A stretch of 64,000 bases of DNA, from NCBI GenBank assembly GCA_965226195.1, contig OZ245333.1:2344275-2408274 (forward strand). The letters are read 5' to 3'. The position numbers were made by a program, and so were the translations under genes. Positions 48,900 to 57,312 of this stretch are shown here, in pieces. Within the stretch, counting starts at the first letter, position 1. The number at the start of each line of letters is the position of its first letter. Origin of the DNA: Oligoflexales bacterium (GTDB lineage Bacteria > Bdellovibrionota_B > Oligoflexia > Oligoflexales > JAPPIL01). Under the pieces are notes generated by a model, which ran no database searches, was not told the DNA's origin, and saw only the letters and a program-made list of their open reading frames with translations.

Positions 48900-48999
48900 G
48901 AACCGCAAGGGCAGGCTGTAGTCAATCGACCGCATACAGCGTTCAGACTTATTACCTGAACAGCCGCAAGCCACCATGCTTGTCATGGTGGCAGTTGAC
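48900..48999 (+). mobile_element. Orphan IS200/IS605 right end (tnpB 3' tail + RE hairpin), potential stand-alone omega-RNA scaffold remnant
   Basis: About 95 nt align with the reverse complement of 4873-4975. It still encodes QGQAVVNRPHTAFRLIT*, against QGQAAVNRPHAAFRLVA* in the full copy. The hairpin is GCCACCATG-cttgt-CATGGTGGC. It ends in AGTTGAC exactly as the full copy does. Confidence 0.7.
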
Positions 49000-49029
49000 A
49001 GTTTGGTACCTCACCTAGACAAGATTATG

Positions 49030-49057
49030 TTGACAGCACGCACCACCTTGAGATAAA
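49030..49057 (+). promoter_or_regulatory. Sigma70-like promoter of P2
   Basis: TTGACA (49030-49035), a 16-nt spacer, then GATAAA (49052-49057). The SD AAGGGAGGGGG lies before ATG 49100. Confidence 0.35.
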
Positions 49058-49099
49058 AGCCCCGCAACGTTATCTGCGTTTAAATTAAGGGAGGGGGTT

Positions 49100-49768
49100 A
49101 TGTTGACACGTGGTGTGGTGCTTGTTGCCGTTGCTGCCTTTATGTTTACGTTACCTGCTCGTGAGTTAAGTGCCACTTCGCATCCATCGCGATGGGGGCA
49201 AAGGCTCAAGAGTGTTTTTGACCTGCGGGACGCGAGTCCGCTGGACAAGTTGAGAAAATTGAGCATTGGCACGGCACTTGTTGCTATGCTAGGGTGCTCG
49301 GCGCTTGTGATTCATGATTTCGTTAGTGATAATCGTGTAGTGCAGTCAGATGTCATGCTCGACACAATTATCAGGTTTGATGATGATATTCTCGGACGCA
49401 CCTTCCACTACAGCGTCGGTGATAGTCATTACTATGGTGAAGCACTGGAGTGGAATTATCCGTATAATAAAATGCTGCTGTCTTACTTCTACGAGAATAG
49501 GAAGGTACTCGTTCCAGTGGAGTATCTGCAAGGTAAAGCCATCATGTGGCACGATCATAGCCACGCAAGGGTAGCTTTCATCGACCCTGACCCTAACAAC
49601 TATCTTATGCATGGCAAGGTGATGAAGGTTTTCGACAGTGACTACTACTATGTCATTGCTGATGCACAAGAGGATCGTGATGGGGTTGTATCATCTCTTG
49701 ACGAGCGCCGCATGGTCTTCGTGCCGAAGAAACTCATTACCGCTATTGAGCCACCGCCGATGTATTGA
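49100..49768 (+). CDS. Tandem-signal secreted beta-rich protein, family member P2
   Basis: 222 aa. The leader is MLTRGVVLVAVAAFMFTLPARELSA, then SRWGQRL, then KLRKLSIGTALVAMLGC. Family C-terminal region (GRTFHYSVGDSHYYGEA...HGKVMKVFDSDYYYVI). Confidence 0.7.
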   Translation: MLTRGVVLVAVAAFMFTLPARELSATSHPSRWGQRLKSVFDLRDASPLDKLRKLSIGTALVAMLGCSALVIHDFVSDNRVVQSDVMLDTIIRFDDDILGRTFHYSVGDSHYYGEALEWNYPYNKMLLSYFYENRKVLVPVEYLQGKAIMWHDHSHARVAFIDPDPNNYLMHGKVMKVFDSDYYYVIADAQEDRDGVVSSLDERRMVFVPKKLITAIEPPPMY

Positions 49769-49810
49769 AGTGGCGGGTGCATAGATGAGTATTATTGTGT
49801 TGGATTGGTA

Positions 49811-50566
49811 TCAGTAATAAACCATTTCCAAAGCCTCGCTTGAGTATTGAGCGATGAAGCGGTCGAGGGTTGTGGCTTGTTGGTTGGATAGCGAGGTAAA
49901 TTTTACCCCGATGCCCTTATCTCTTTGTGTTGCTACGCGGACGAATTCACCTTCAATCACTAGTGGCTGGTGTGCTTTATCGAGAAAAATGTTCATGCTG
50001 ACGATTGTGCCTTTCTCGAAGTTAATTCTTGTTGCCAGTAAAACTCCGCTGCGAGAGATGTTGGCAATGCCACACTGGTAGCGCGTATTTTCCCAGACAA
50101 ATTCAACCCGACCAGCAATTTTTACCCGCTCATCCACACGTGACTGCTGTTTGAGCAACGTCCTGATTTTTTTGATGAAAATTTTGCGTGGCAGCGGCTG
50201 AAGCACGAACAAGTCAGCACCAGCTTCCAGCACACGCTTCTCTGGCACACCTTCCACCTGCACGCTGGTTGCGACCAGCAAGATGTCTGCAGTCGAAGAA
50301 CGGCGACGAAACTGATGGATGAGATGGAGGGCATCGACAACGTTTGTGTCAAGGTTGATGATGATGAGGCTGATGTTCTCTTTGATCGCTAAAGCTGCAA
50401 TAATTTCAACAGCTTCTTGCTTATCGGCAGCATGCAGCAATGCCTGTGCCGATGCATAGCTGTGCAGTGCTTCGGCTCGAAAGCCCATCTCGCGAAAGCC
50501 TTTTAAATCAAGGTGTTGTGCAACATCACGCCCGTCGATATTCAAGATTCCGATCTGCTTACTCAT
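49811..50566 (-). CDS. Receiver-like domain + PilZ domain protein (c-di-GMP binding predicted)
   Basis: 251 aa. SD GGGAGGGG. The N-terminal CheY-like fold has LIIINLD but lacks the usual conserved Lys (LQP instead of KP). PilZ motifs are RVDER (RxxxR) and NISRSG (D/NxSxxG). Confidence 0.7.
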   Translation of the reverse strand: MSKQIGILNIDGRDVAQHLDLKGFREMGFRAEALHSYASAQALLHAADKQEAVEIIAALAIKENISLIIINLDTNVVDALHLIHQFRRRSSTADILLVATSVQVEGVPEKRVLEAGADLFVLQPLPRKIFIKKIRTLLKQQSRVDERVKIAGRVEFVWENTRYQCGIANISRSGVLLATRINFEKGTIVSMNIFLDKAHQPLVIEGEFVRVATQRDKGIGVKFTSLSNQQATTLDRFIAQYSSEALEMVYY

Positions 50567-50631
50567 AGCTAGCCCCTCCCAGTCAACATTCGGCAGTTGA
50601 CGGAATTGCTTTAGTTTGCCAAAAAACTATC

Positions 50632-51369
50632 ATGGGTACGGAACGAGTAAGAATTGACCAGTTGCTGTTAGAACAAGGCATGATTGCCTCGTTATCGCTG
50701 GCACACGCCAAAATTATGGCGGGGCAGGTCTTCGTCGAAGAGGTCAAGGTTACCAGTCCTGCGCTACGAGTCTCACGTTCAGCCACACTGCGTGTCAAGG
50801 CAAGCAAGCGATACGTCAGTCGTGGCGGCAAAAAACTTGAACTCGCCCTCAAAGACTTGCGGGTGCAAATAAAGAACAAGCAGGTGCTCGACATCGGCTC
50901 TTCGACAGGAGGCTTCACCGACTGCTGTTTGCAACATGGCGCAGCAACAGTGATCGCAGTCGATGTCGGTACAAATCAACTGGCGTGGAACTTGCGCATT
51001 GACCCGCGGGTGCAAGTTTTTGAAAAAACCGACATCCGCACTTTTGCGGGGCAAAATTACCAACATAGCGACCTCGTGGTCGCTGATGTCAGTTTCATTT
51101 CGCTGACTTCAATCTTGCCATCAGTATTTGCCAACCTGCCGCACGCGGAATTTTTAGTGCTCGTCAAGCCGCAGTTTGAGTTGCCACGCCACCTAGTGCC
51201 ACGTGGCGGTGTTGTGCGTGATAATAAGCTTCGCAATTATACACTGTTGAGAATTAAAAATTTTTTCAAACAACACGGCTATGGAAATTTTGTTTCTATT
51301 GATTGCAGTATCTGTGGTACTAAGGGCAATCGGGAAATTTTTTGTCACGCTAAAATGGTTGCAAAATGA
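50632..51369 (+). CDS. tlyA: 16S/23S rRNA (cytidine-2'-O)-methyltransferase TlyA
   Basis: 245 aa. S4-like N-terminus (RIDQLLLEQGMIASLSLAHAKIMAGQVFV), YVSRGGKKLELAL, and the SAM motif VLDIGSSTGGFTDCCLQHGA. Confidence 0.85.
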   Translation: MGTERVRIDQLLLEQGMIASLSLAHAKIMAGQVFVEEVKVTSPALRVSRSATLRVKASKRYVSRGGKKLELALKDLRVQIKNKQVLDIGSSTGGFTDCCLQHGAATVIAVDVGTNQLAWNLRIDPRVQVFEKTDIRTFAGQNYQHSDLVVADVSFISLTSILPSVFANLPHAEFLVLVKPQFELPRHLVPRGGVVRDNKLRNYTLLRIKNFFKQHGYGNFVSIDCSICGTKGNREIFCHAKMVAK

Positions 51370-52388
51370 CAATGTTCTCTCAAAACAAGCCGAAGGTTAT
51401 TGTTATTCACACGGGTGGCACGATTGGCATGGTGCAGGGCAAGGATGGCGTGTTGCGCCCTCTGCAAGACCCACAGACGCTGTTGCGCTCTCTGCCTGAA
51501 CTTGCTGACATCGCCGAGCTTGAGCTGCGTGTGCCGTTCAACCTTGACAGCAGCAACATTCAACCGTCGCATTGGCTACAGCTGGCACAAATTGTGCGTG
51601 CAGAGCAAAATAACTGCGTTGGTTTTGTGATTTTGCATGGCACTGACACGATTGCCTATACTGCTGCGGCACTCTCATTCTTGCTTGCCGACGTGACGCG
51701 GCCTATTATTATCACTGGTGCACAGCGACCGCTACGCATGTTACGCACCGATGCCCGTACTAACATCATTGATGCGGTGGAACTGGCAACCAGAGATATT
51801 CCTGAAACTGTGGTGCTGTTCAACAACAAGCTATTGCGCGGCAATCGTGCTCAAAAAATTAGCAATGATCGCTACAGTGCTTTCCACTCGCCTAACTATC
51901 CGCCACTCGGACAGCTTGGCTTGCACGTGTCACTCAATCACGAACATATGCAACGAGAACGCAAAATTTTTTTCCCCACACCGCATTTTGAAACAAAGGT
52001 GTTATGCCTAAAACTGCATCCTGGCTTTGATGAGACACTCTTTGATATTCTGCCACCTGCAAACTTCAAAGCTATGATCCTGCAAGGCTTTGGTGCGGGC
52101 AATATCCCTCTCTGTCCCCGCATGTTGAAATGGCTTGAAGCACATAGCAAAAGCGGTCTCGTTATTGCCATTGCCAGTCAGTCACCCCGCGGTTGTGTTG
52201 ACCTATCTCTCTACGAAGGCGGACGTGAAGCACAGGCACGTGGGGCTATTTCCTGCCGCGACATGACTATCGAGACCAGCCTCATTAAAATGATGCTGCT
52301 ACAGGGCACACGTTCCGATCGCACAGAAATTGAAAAATTGTTTACGACATCGCTGGCAGGTGAACTCAATGAACAACGAGCGCACTGA
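51366..52388 (+). CDS. ansA: Type I L-asparaginase
   Basis: 340 aa. VIVIHTGGTIGM with the catalytic Thr motif, VILHGTDTIAYTAAALSF. The ATGA overlaps the tlyA stop. Confidence 0.85.
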   Translation: MTMFSQNKPKVIVIHTGGTIGMVQGKDGVLRPLQDPQTLLRSLPELADIAELELRVPFNLDSSNIQPSHWLQLAQIVRAEQNNCVGFVILHGTDTIAYTAAALSFLLADVTRPIIITGAQRPLRMLRTDARTNIIDAVELATRDIPETVVLFNNKLLRGNRAQKISNDRYSAFHSPNYPPLGQLGLHVSLNHEHMQRERKIFFPTPHFETKVLCLKLHPGFDETLFDILPPANFKAMILQGFGAGNIPLCPRMLKWLEAHSKSGLVIAIASQSPRGCVDLSLYEGGREAQARGAISCRDMTIETSLIKMMLLQGTRSDRTEIEKLFTTSLAGELNEQRAH

Positions 52389-52706
52389 AAATTCTTCCGA
52401 TGACTGCCCTCTTCTGTATTTTCTTCAGTTTTGTTTTAGAATATTGTGCAAAACTGAAGAAAATGGCAGTGATGTTGATACTTTTAAAGTAAAAAAACCT
52501 TTGCTGGTTATGGTAAGTATGTGGCTCGAAGACCCATCCCTTGCGTATTTTAGTTCTTCGTCTTCAGTTCACAAGAATTCATATGGTTATGGTAAGTATA
52601 AGGAAACACTCGACGCTACTCTAAAAAATCGTTGACAAGCTATGCAGACTGAATTAGATCACTCCTACTGTCTATTAGGCTAACCACTTTTGTGTGAGGG
52701 TATCCT

Positions 52707-53381
52707 GTGATGCGAAATCTGTTTCTGGCTGTGTTTCTAGCACATGTTCTGTCGCTGGCAAGTGCCAGCGCTACACCAACCAAACTGCCAATTTTGCGCA
52801 CAACTGCCAAAAACCTGTCATCGTCAACTAATAATGTCGGGGCCTGGCTACAGAAACTACCCCAGAAAGCACTGAAGGGTAGCACCGCAACAGCTGCTGC
52901 TACCCTCATCGCTTGCAGCAGCTTGATGATGATTGGCTGTGATCAAGGCACGCGATTGCTTGAGGTTACCGATACAGAATACGTCGATCCCATAGATGAA
53001 AACGCGGGGCAATATGTCACCTTCTATATCGATGACATTCTCTACGAAGGCTACTGGGAGCTTACCCCCGACGGTCAGCTACTAATTGAAATCGATGATG
53101 GCTACGACAAACTTGTGCTGCTTGAACATATGACCGGCCAAGTGATTAACAATCACCACGACATTGGTGCTGAAGTGCGCGTGTATGGCTTAAGAAATGG
53201 ACACGAAGTCGACAAATATGGAGAAGTAGTCGAGGTCTACGACAACGGATTCTACATTATCGAGATCGATAAGATAGTATATGTCCATAACAATCAAACC
53301 GTCTATACTACTGAAATCTTGCTCGTTAACAAAGCTGTTTTGCTAGAGGACGGTGGGTTTGAGTTTACTGACGATATCTAA
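52707..53381 (+). CDS. Tandem-signal secreted beta-rich protein, family member P3
   Basis: GTG 52707 / ATG 52710 after SD GAGGGT. The leader is MRNLFLAVFLAHVLSLASASA, then GAWLQKL, then ATLIACSSLMMIGC. Family region: GQYVTFYIDDILYEGYWE...HHDIGAEVRVYG...GEVVEVYDNGFYIIEI. Confidence 0.7.
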   Translation: MMRNLFLAVFLAHVLSLASASATPTKLPILRTTAKNLSSSTNNVGAWLQKLPQKALKGSTATAAATLIACSSLMMIGCDQGTRLLEVTDTEYVDPIDENAGQYVTFYIDDILYEGYWELTPDGQLLIEIDDGYDKLVLLEHMTGQVINNHHDIGAEVRVYGLRNGHEVDKYGEVVEVYDNGFYIIEIDKIVYVHNNQTVYTTEILLVNKAVLLEDGGFEFTDDI

Positions 53382-53398
53382 TGGTAGCCTAGACTAAC

Positions 53399-54334
53399 TT
53401 GAAACCACCAGCACTTAAGGTTGAAAACCTTACTAAGGTTTACGCATCCAAAACTGTAGCCTTGCAAAACATAAGTTTTGAGATTGCCGAGGGGAGTTTC
53501 TTTGCTCTCCTCGGCCCCAACGGTGCGGGCAAATCAACCACCATCGGTATCATCACCAGTCTCGTCACCCGCACTGCGGGACAAGTGAGCGTGTTCGGCT
53601 ACGACCTCGACCATGACCGCACAAAAGTGAAAGAAATGATCGGTGTCGTGCCACAGGAGTTTAATTTTAACATTTTTGAAAAAGCTGAAGATGTCGTAAG
53701 AAATCAAGCCGGCTACTTTGGTCTGTCCCGCAACGAAGCTAGTGAACGCAGTGCCGAACTGCTGAAAAAACTCAAACTATGGTACAAGCGCCATGCCACC
53801 TCACGCAGTCTTTCAGGCGGCATGAAGCGCCGCCTGATGCTCGCCCGCGCCCTTGTCAACCGCCCCCGCTTGCTAATTCTCGACGAACCAACCGCTGGTA
53901 CAGACATCGAAATACGCTACCAAATGTGGGACTTTCTCAAAGAGCTGAACGACAGTGGCACAACCATTATCCTCACCACCCACTACCTCGAAGAAGTTGA
54001 AAAACTATGCGATCACGTCGCCATCATCGACAAAGGACATATCATCGAAAACGCCAGCCTTAACAACCTGCTCGCAAAACTACGCAGCCAATCGTTCCTC
54101 GTTACCGTTGAAAATGGCTTCACAGAAAAAAACACACGACCACTGCCCAATGGCACAGAGGCATATAAAATAACCAAAATTGACGATCATACACTGGAAA
54201 TAAACATTACCGCCGTTGATATGCTCGGTGATGCCCTTAATAAGCTGAGTGCAGCTGGCATCAAAATTAAAAATATCACCAACAAAACTAACCGCGTCGA
54301 ACAATTATTCCTCAACATAACCAGGGGGCAATAA
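53399..54334 (+). CDS. ABC transporter ATP-binding protein (ABC-2 exporter type)
   Basis: GPNGAGKSTTIG, LSGGMKRRLMLARAL, LLILDEPTAGTD. TTG start 17 nt after the P3 stop. Confidence 0.85.
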   Translation: MKPPALKVENLTKVYASKTVALQNISFEIAEGSFFALLGPNGAGKSTTIGIITSLVTRTAGQVSVFGYDLDHDRTKVKEMIGVVPQEFNFNIFEKAEDVVRNQAGYFGLSRNEASERSAELLKKLKLWYKRHATSRSLSGGMKRRLMLARALVNRPRLLILDEPTAGTDIEIRYQMWDFLKELNDSGTTIILTTHYLEEVEKLCDHVAIIDKGHIIENASLNNLLAKLRSQSFLVTVENGFTEKNTRPLPNGTEAYKITKIDDHTLEINITAVDMLGDALNKLSAAGIKIKNITNKTNRVEQLFLNITRGQ

Positions 54335-54339
54335 CGACG

Positions 54340-55113
54340 ATGGGATTCAAGCGCCAATGCTTCGCCCTCTACACCTTGATGCGCAAGGAATGCGTGCGTA
54401 TCATCAGAATCTGGAGTCAATCGATCATTCCACCTGCCATCACTATGACGCTGTATTTTATCGTCTTCGGCAAGCTTATCGGCAACAAAATCAGCATGGC
54501 AGAAGGCTTCTCCTATATGCAGTTTATTACGCCGGGACTGATTATGATGAGCATTATCTCCAACTCCTACATGAACGTCTGCTCCTCCTTCTTCAGCCTC
54601 AAATTCCAAAAAAGCGTCGAAGAATTGCTGGTCGCCCCCATCAACAACTTCTGTATCGTGCTCGGTTTCGCAGGCGGTGGGGTTTTTCGCGGCCTGCTAA
54701 CGGGCACAACCGTCTGCATCATCTCTCTGCTGTTCACCAAAATACAAATCCATAGCTGGCTCATCATCATCACCTTCTCCGTCCTCGCAGCCCTGACCTT
54801 CTCACTCGGCGGCTTCCTCAACGCCCTGTTCGCCAAAAAATTCGACGATATCAGCATCATACCAACCTTCATCCTCATCCCCCTGACCTACCTCGGCGGC
54901 GTGTTCTACAGTATCAACTCCCTGCCCGAAATATGGCAAAAAGTTTCCCTTGCTAACCCCATTCTCTACATGATAAGTGGTTTTCGTTACGGCTTTCTCG
55001 GTGTCAGTGACATGAGTGTCTACACCGGCTTCGCTATTCTTGCTTCCTTTGCCGTTGCGCTGTTCCTCCTCGATGTTTTTCTGCTACACAGAGGCACCGG
55101 CACCAGAACTTAA
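54340..55113 (+). CDS. ABC-2 type transporter permease
   Basis: 257 aa, six hydrophobic helices, directly after the ATPase (5-nt gap). Confidence 0.8.
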   Translation: MGFKRQCFALYTLMRKECVRIIRIWSQSIIPPAITMTLYFIVFGKLIGNKISMAEGFSYMQFITPGLIMMSIISNSYMNVCSSFFSLKFQKSVEELLVAPINNFCIVLGFAGGGVFRGLLTGTTVCIISLLFTKIQIHSWLIIITFSVLAALTFSLGGFLNALFAKKFDDISIIPTFILIPLTYLGGVFYSINSLPEIWQKVSLANPILYMISGFRYGFLGVSDMSVYTGFAILASFAVALFLLDVFLLHRGTGTRT

Positions 55114-55132
55114 CTACATAGAGGACACCACC

Positions 55133-55819
55133 ATGAGAAATTTTATCCTCACGCTACTGCTCTGCATCACCCTTGCCTTCAACAGCACCAATGCCTTGCA
55201 CGCACAGGGCAACAAGGGCAATCGCATTGCCAAAGTTTTGGGGATCAAAGAGAGTAGCTACACCTTGTTCCAACAACTACTGCTGACAACAGTGTTTGCC
55301 TGCACTACATTTTCCTGTGGCACAGTGAAGCCACATCTCTATACAATCGGCATTCTCAACCCCAGCAGTGCCATGCAAGCTGAGACCGTCGCTGACGAAA
55401 TGCTTGCCATCCAGCGTGATTTTGATTCAGAAGTAGAAGACGACCAGCAAGTCATTCGTAACCACGTCTATGTCGTCAAGCCAATCGAGCATAAGATTAT
55501 CCTCGCTGAAGTCGTCAAAGAAGCGGATAGAACTATTAACATACAAGGCTACGCCGATAAATACGAACTGACCATCGACCCTGAGGCAATCGAAGGCTAT
55601 CTCATCGATGACCACCCCAACGTCGGTCGCGTCGTGAAACTAACGAGTAACGCGGTCGGCATCTCTCATCTCAACGGGATCGTCTTCGCCGTCTACAACA
55701 ATGGTATCCATGCCATCAAAATTACCGGCAAAACTGACCTTGACGGCAAGCAAGAAAAACTACACGAAAAAGACGATGCTCCGCACGTTCGCTATGCCTA
55801 CGAATATCAGCTGCAATAA
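55133..55819 (+). CDS. Tandem-signal secreted beta-rich protein, family member P4
   Basis: Start at ATG 55133 (SD AGAGGA), 19 nt after the permease stop. The leader is MRNFILTLLLCITLAFNSTNALHA, a basic linker, then LLLTTVFAC. Family region: NHVYVVKPIEHKIILAEV...DHPNVGRVVKLT...NGIVFAVYNNGIHAIKI. Confidence 0.7.
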   Translation: MRNFILTLLLCITLAFNSTNALHAQGNKGNRIAKVLGIKESSYTLFQQLLLTTVFACTTFSCGTVKPHLYTIGILNPSSAMQAETVADEMLAIQRDFDSEVEDDQQVIRNHVYVVKPIEHKIILAEVVKEADRTINIQGYADKYELTIDPEAIEGYLIDDHPNVGRVVKLTSNAVGISHLNGIVFAVYNNGIHAIKITGKTDLDGKQEKLHEKDDAPHVRYAYEYQLQ

Positions 55820-55822
55820 AAC

Positions 55823-55851
55823 TTGACACTGCTTGCTCGATGTTTTAAACC
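55823..55851 (+). promoter_or_regulatory. Sigma70-like promoter of P5-surE
   Basis: TTGACA (55823-55828), a 17-nt spacer, then TAAACC (55846-55851). Confidence 0.35.
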
Positions 55852-55897
55852 CACCCCATCGAGATTTCATCTATAAACTAGGGTAGGAGCTATGCAG

Positions 55898-56560
55898 ATG
55901 AGAAGCAGTGTTTTGGTGCTCGCATTAGTGGCGTTGTTCGGCCTAACTACGGTAGGTCACGGCAAAAATGTGCGTCTGCTCGACGCAGCTCAAAAGCGAA
56001 TAGCAAGCCTGTCGCACGGGGCAAAGCGGCTATTTGTCAATGGAGATGGTGATTACGCCTTGTTGAAAAAACTCTACGTAGGTGCAAGTCTTGCGATAAT
56101 CGCTTGTACCCAAATGTCCTGCGGTGGTGGTGCTGCCTTGCAAGGAGTCACACAACAACAGCAATATGTCCGCAGCCCTGAAGAAATTCTCGGTCGCCAT
56201 GTACATTTTGTCGCTGATGGACGTGACTATGTTGGTCAAGTGGCAGAGTCCACCAACACCAATACAGTCGAGATCGACCTCTACGACGGCAGCATCATGG
56301 AGATAAAGACGAGCGAAGTGCGGGGCCTGCATATCGAGGAACATCACGATGAGGGGAGGCAGGTAAAACTTAACAGTGCCGAAGAAGGTCAAACATTTCT
56401 GCATGCTTATGTAGTTAAAGTCTACGACAGTAATTATTATGAACTTTTCGTCGGTGCATATTATGATAATGCTGGCGAACTGCAGTTCACGGAATTTCCC
56501 TATGTAATTGTCACACATTTTGACAATATTGTTGAGGTCTTTGGAGAACCATTCGATTGA
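55898..56560 (+). CDS. Tandem-signal secreted beta-rich protein, family member P5
   Basis: ATG 55898 has better spacing from AGGAGC than ATG 55892. The leader is MRSSVLVLALVALFGLTTVGHG, a basic linker, then LLKKLYVGASLAIIAC. Family region: GRHVHFVADGRDYVGQVAE...HHDEGRQVKLNS...AYVVKVYDSNYYELFV. Confidence 0.7.
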   Translation: MRSSVLVLALVALFGLTTVGHGKNVRLLDAAQKRIASLSHGAKRLFVNGDGDYALLKKLYVGASLAIIACTQMSCGGGAALQGVTQQQQYVRSPEEILGRHVHFVADGRDYVGQVAESTNTNTVEIDLYDGSIMEIKTSEVRGLHIEEHHDEGRQVKLNSAEEGQTFLHAYVVKVYDSNYYELFVGAYYDNAGELQFTEFPYVIVTHFDNIVEVFGEPFD

Positions 56561-57312
56561 AAATTTTACTGACCAACGACGATGGTATCAATGCTGAAGG
56601 TCTGGCCACCGCAATTGCGGTGGCCGAAGCGCGTGGTAAATTTCTTGCCGTCGCCCCATTCACAGAGCAATCTGGCAAGAGCCACTCGATTACCAAAGAC
56701 GAACCACTGCGCTTGCGCAAGATACGAGAACATGTCTACGCTCTTGGCGGCACACCCGCTGATTGCGTCAAGTTTGCCCTGCACGAACTGCTAGCAGGCA
56801 CAAGCCCTGACCTTGTCATTAGCGGGATCAATCACGGTGCAAATCTCGGTCAAGACACCATTTATTCAGGCACAGTCGCCGCAGCAATCGAGGCTGCCAT
56901 GAACAATCTGCCTGCCATAGCGCTGTCACTCTGTGGTCTACCACCCTATCACTTCGACACTGCAGAGGCGGTGCTACGTCGTATTATTGAGAAGTTTGCC
57001 ACCAGCGTGCCTGAAGGACGTGTCCTCAACGTCAACATTCCCAACATTCCCGTCGATGCTATTAAAGGCATGCGCTTCGCCACGCTCGGCACGCGCCACT
57101 ACGAGAAAAAATTCTACCAAGCACCCAACCCGCGCAACATTCCCTACTACTGGATGGGCTGGACTTTCGGTGGCTTTGACGCAAAAACCCACGGCAGTGA
57201 CTGCGTCATCGTCGATGGCGGCTACGTCAGCCTCTCAATTCTCAAGCCATCAATGCTCGATCGCACTATGAACGAAAAATTTACCAACAAGCATAGCTTG
57301 ATCGATTTTTGA
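56557..57312 (+). CDS. surE: 5'/3'-nucleotidase SurE
   Basis: MKILLTNDDGINAEGL...VISGINHGANLGQDTIYSGTVAAA is the SurE signature. The TTG start overlaps the P5 stop (TTGA). Confidence 0.9.
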   Translation: MKILLTNDDGINAEGLATAIAVAEARGKFLAVAPFTEQSGKSHSITKDEPLRLRKIREHVYALGGTPADCVKFALHELLAGTSPDLVISGINHGANLGQDTIYSGTVAAAIEAAMNNLPAIALSLCGLPPYHFDTAEAVLRRIIEKFATSVPEGRVLNVNIPNIPVDAIKGMRFATLGTRHYEKKFYQAPNPRNIPYYWMGWTFGGFDAKTHGSDCVIVDGGYVSLSILKPSMLDRTMNEKFTNKHSLIDF

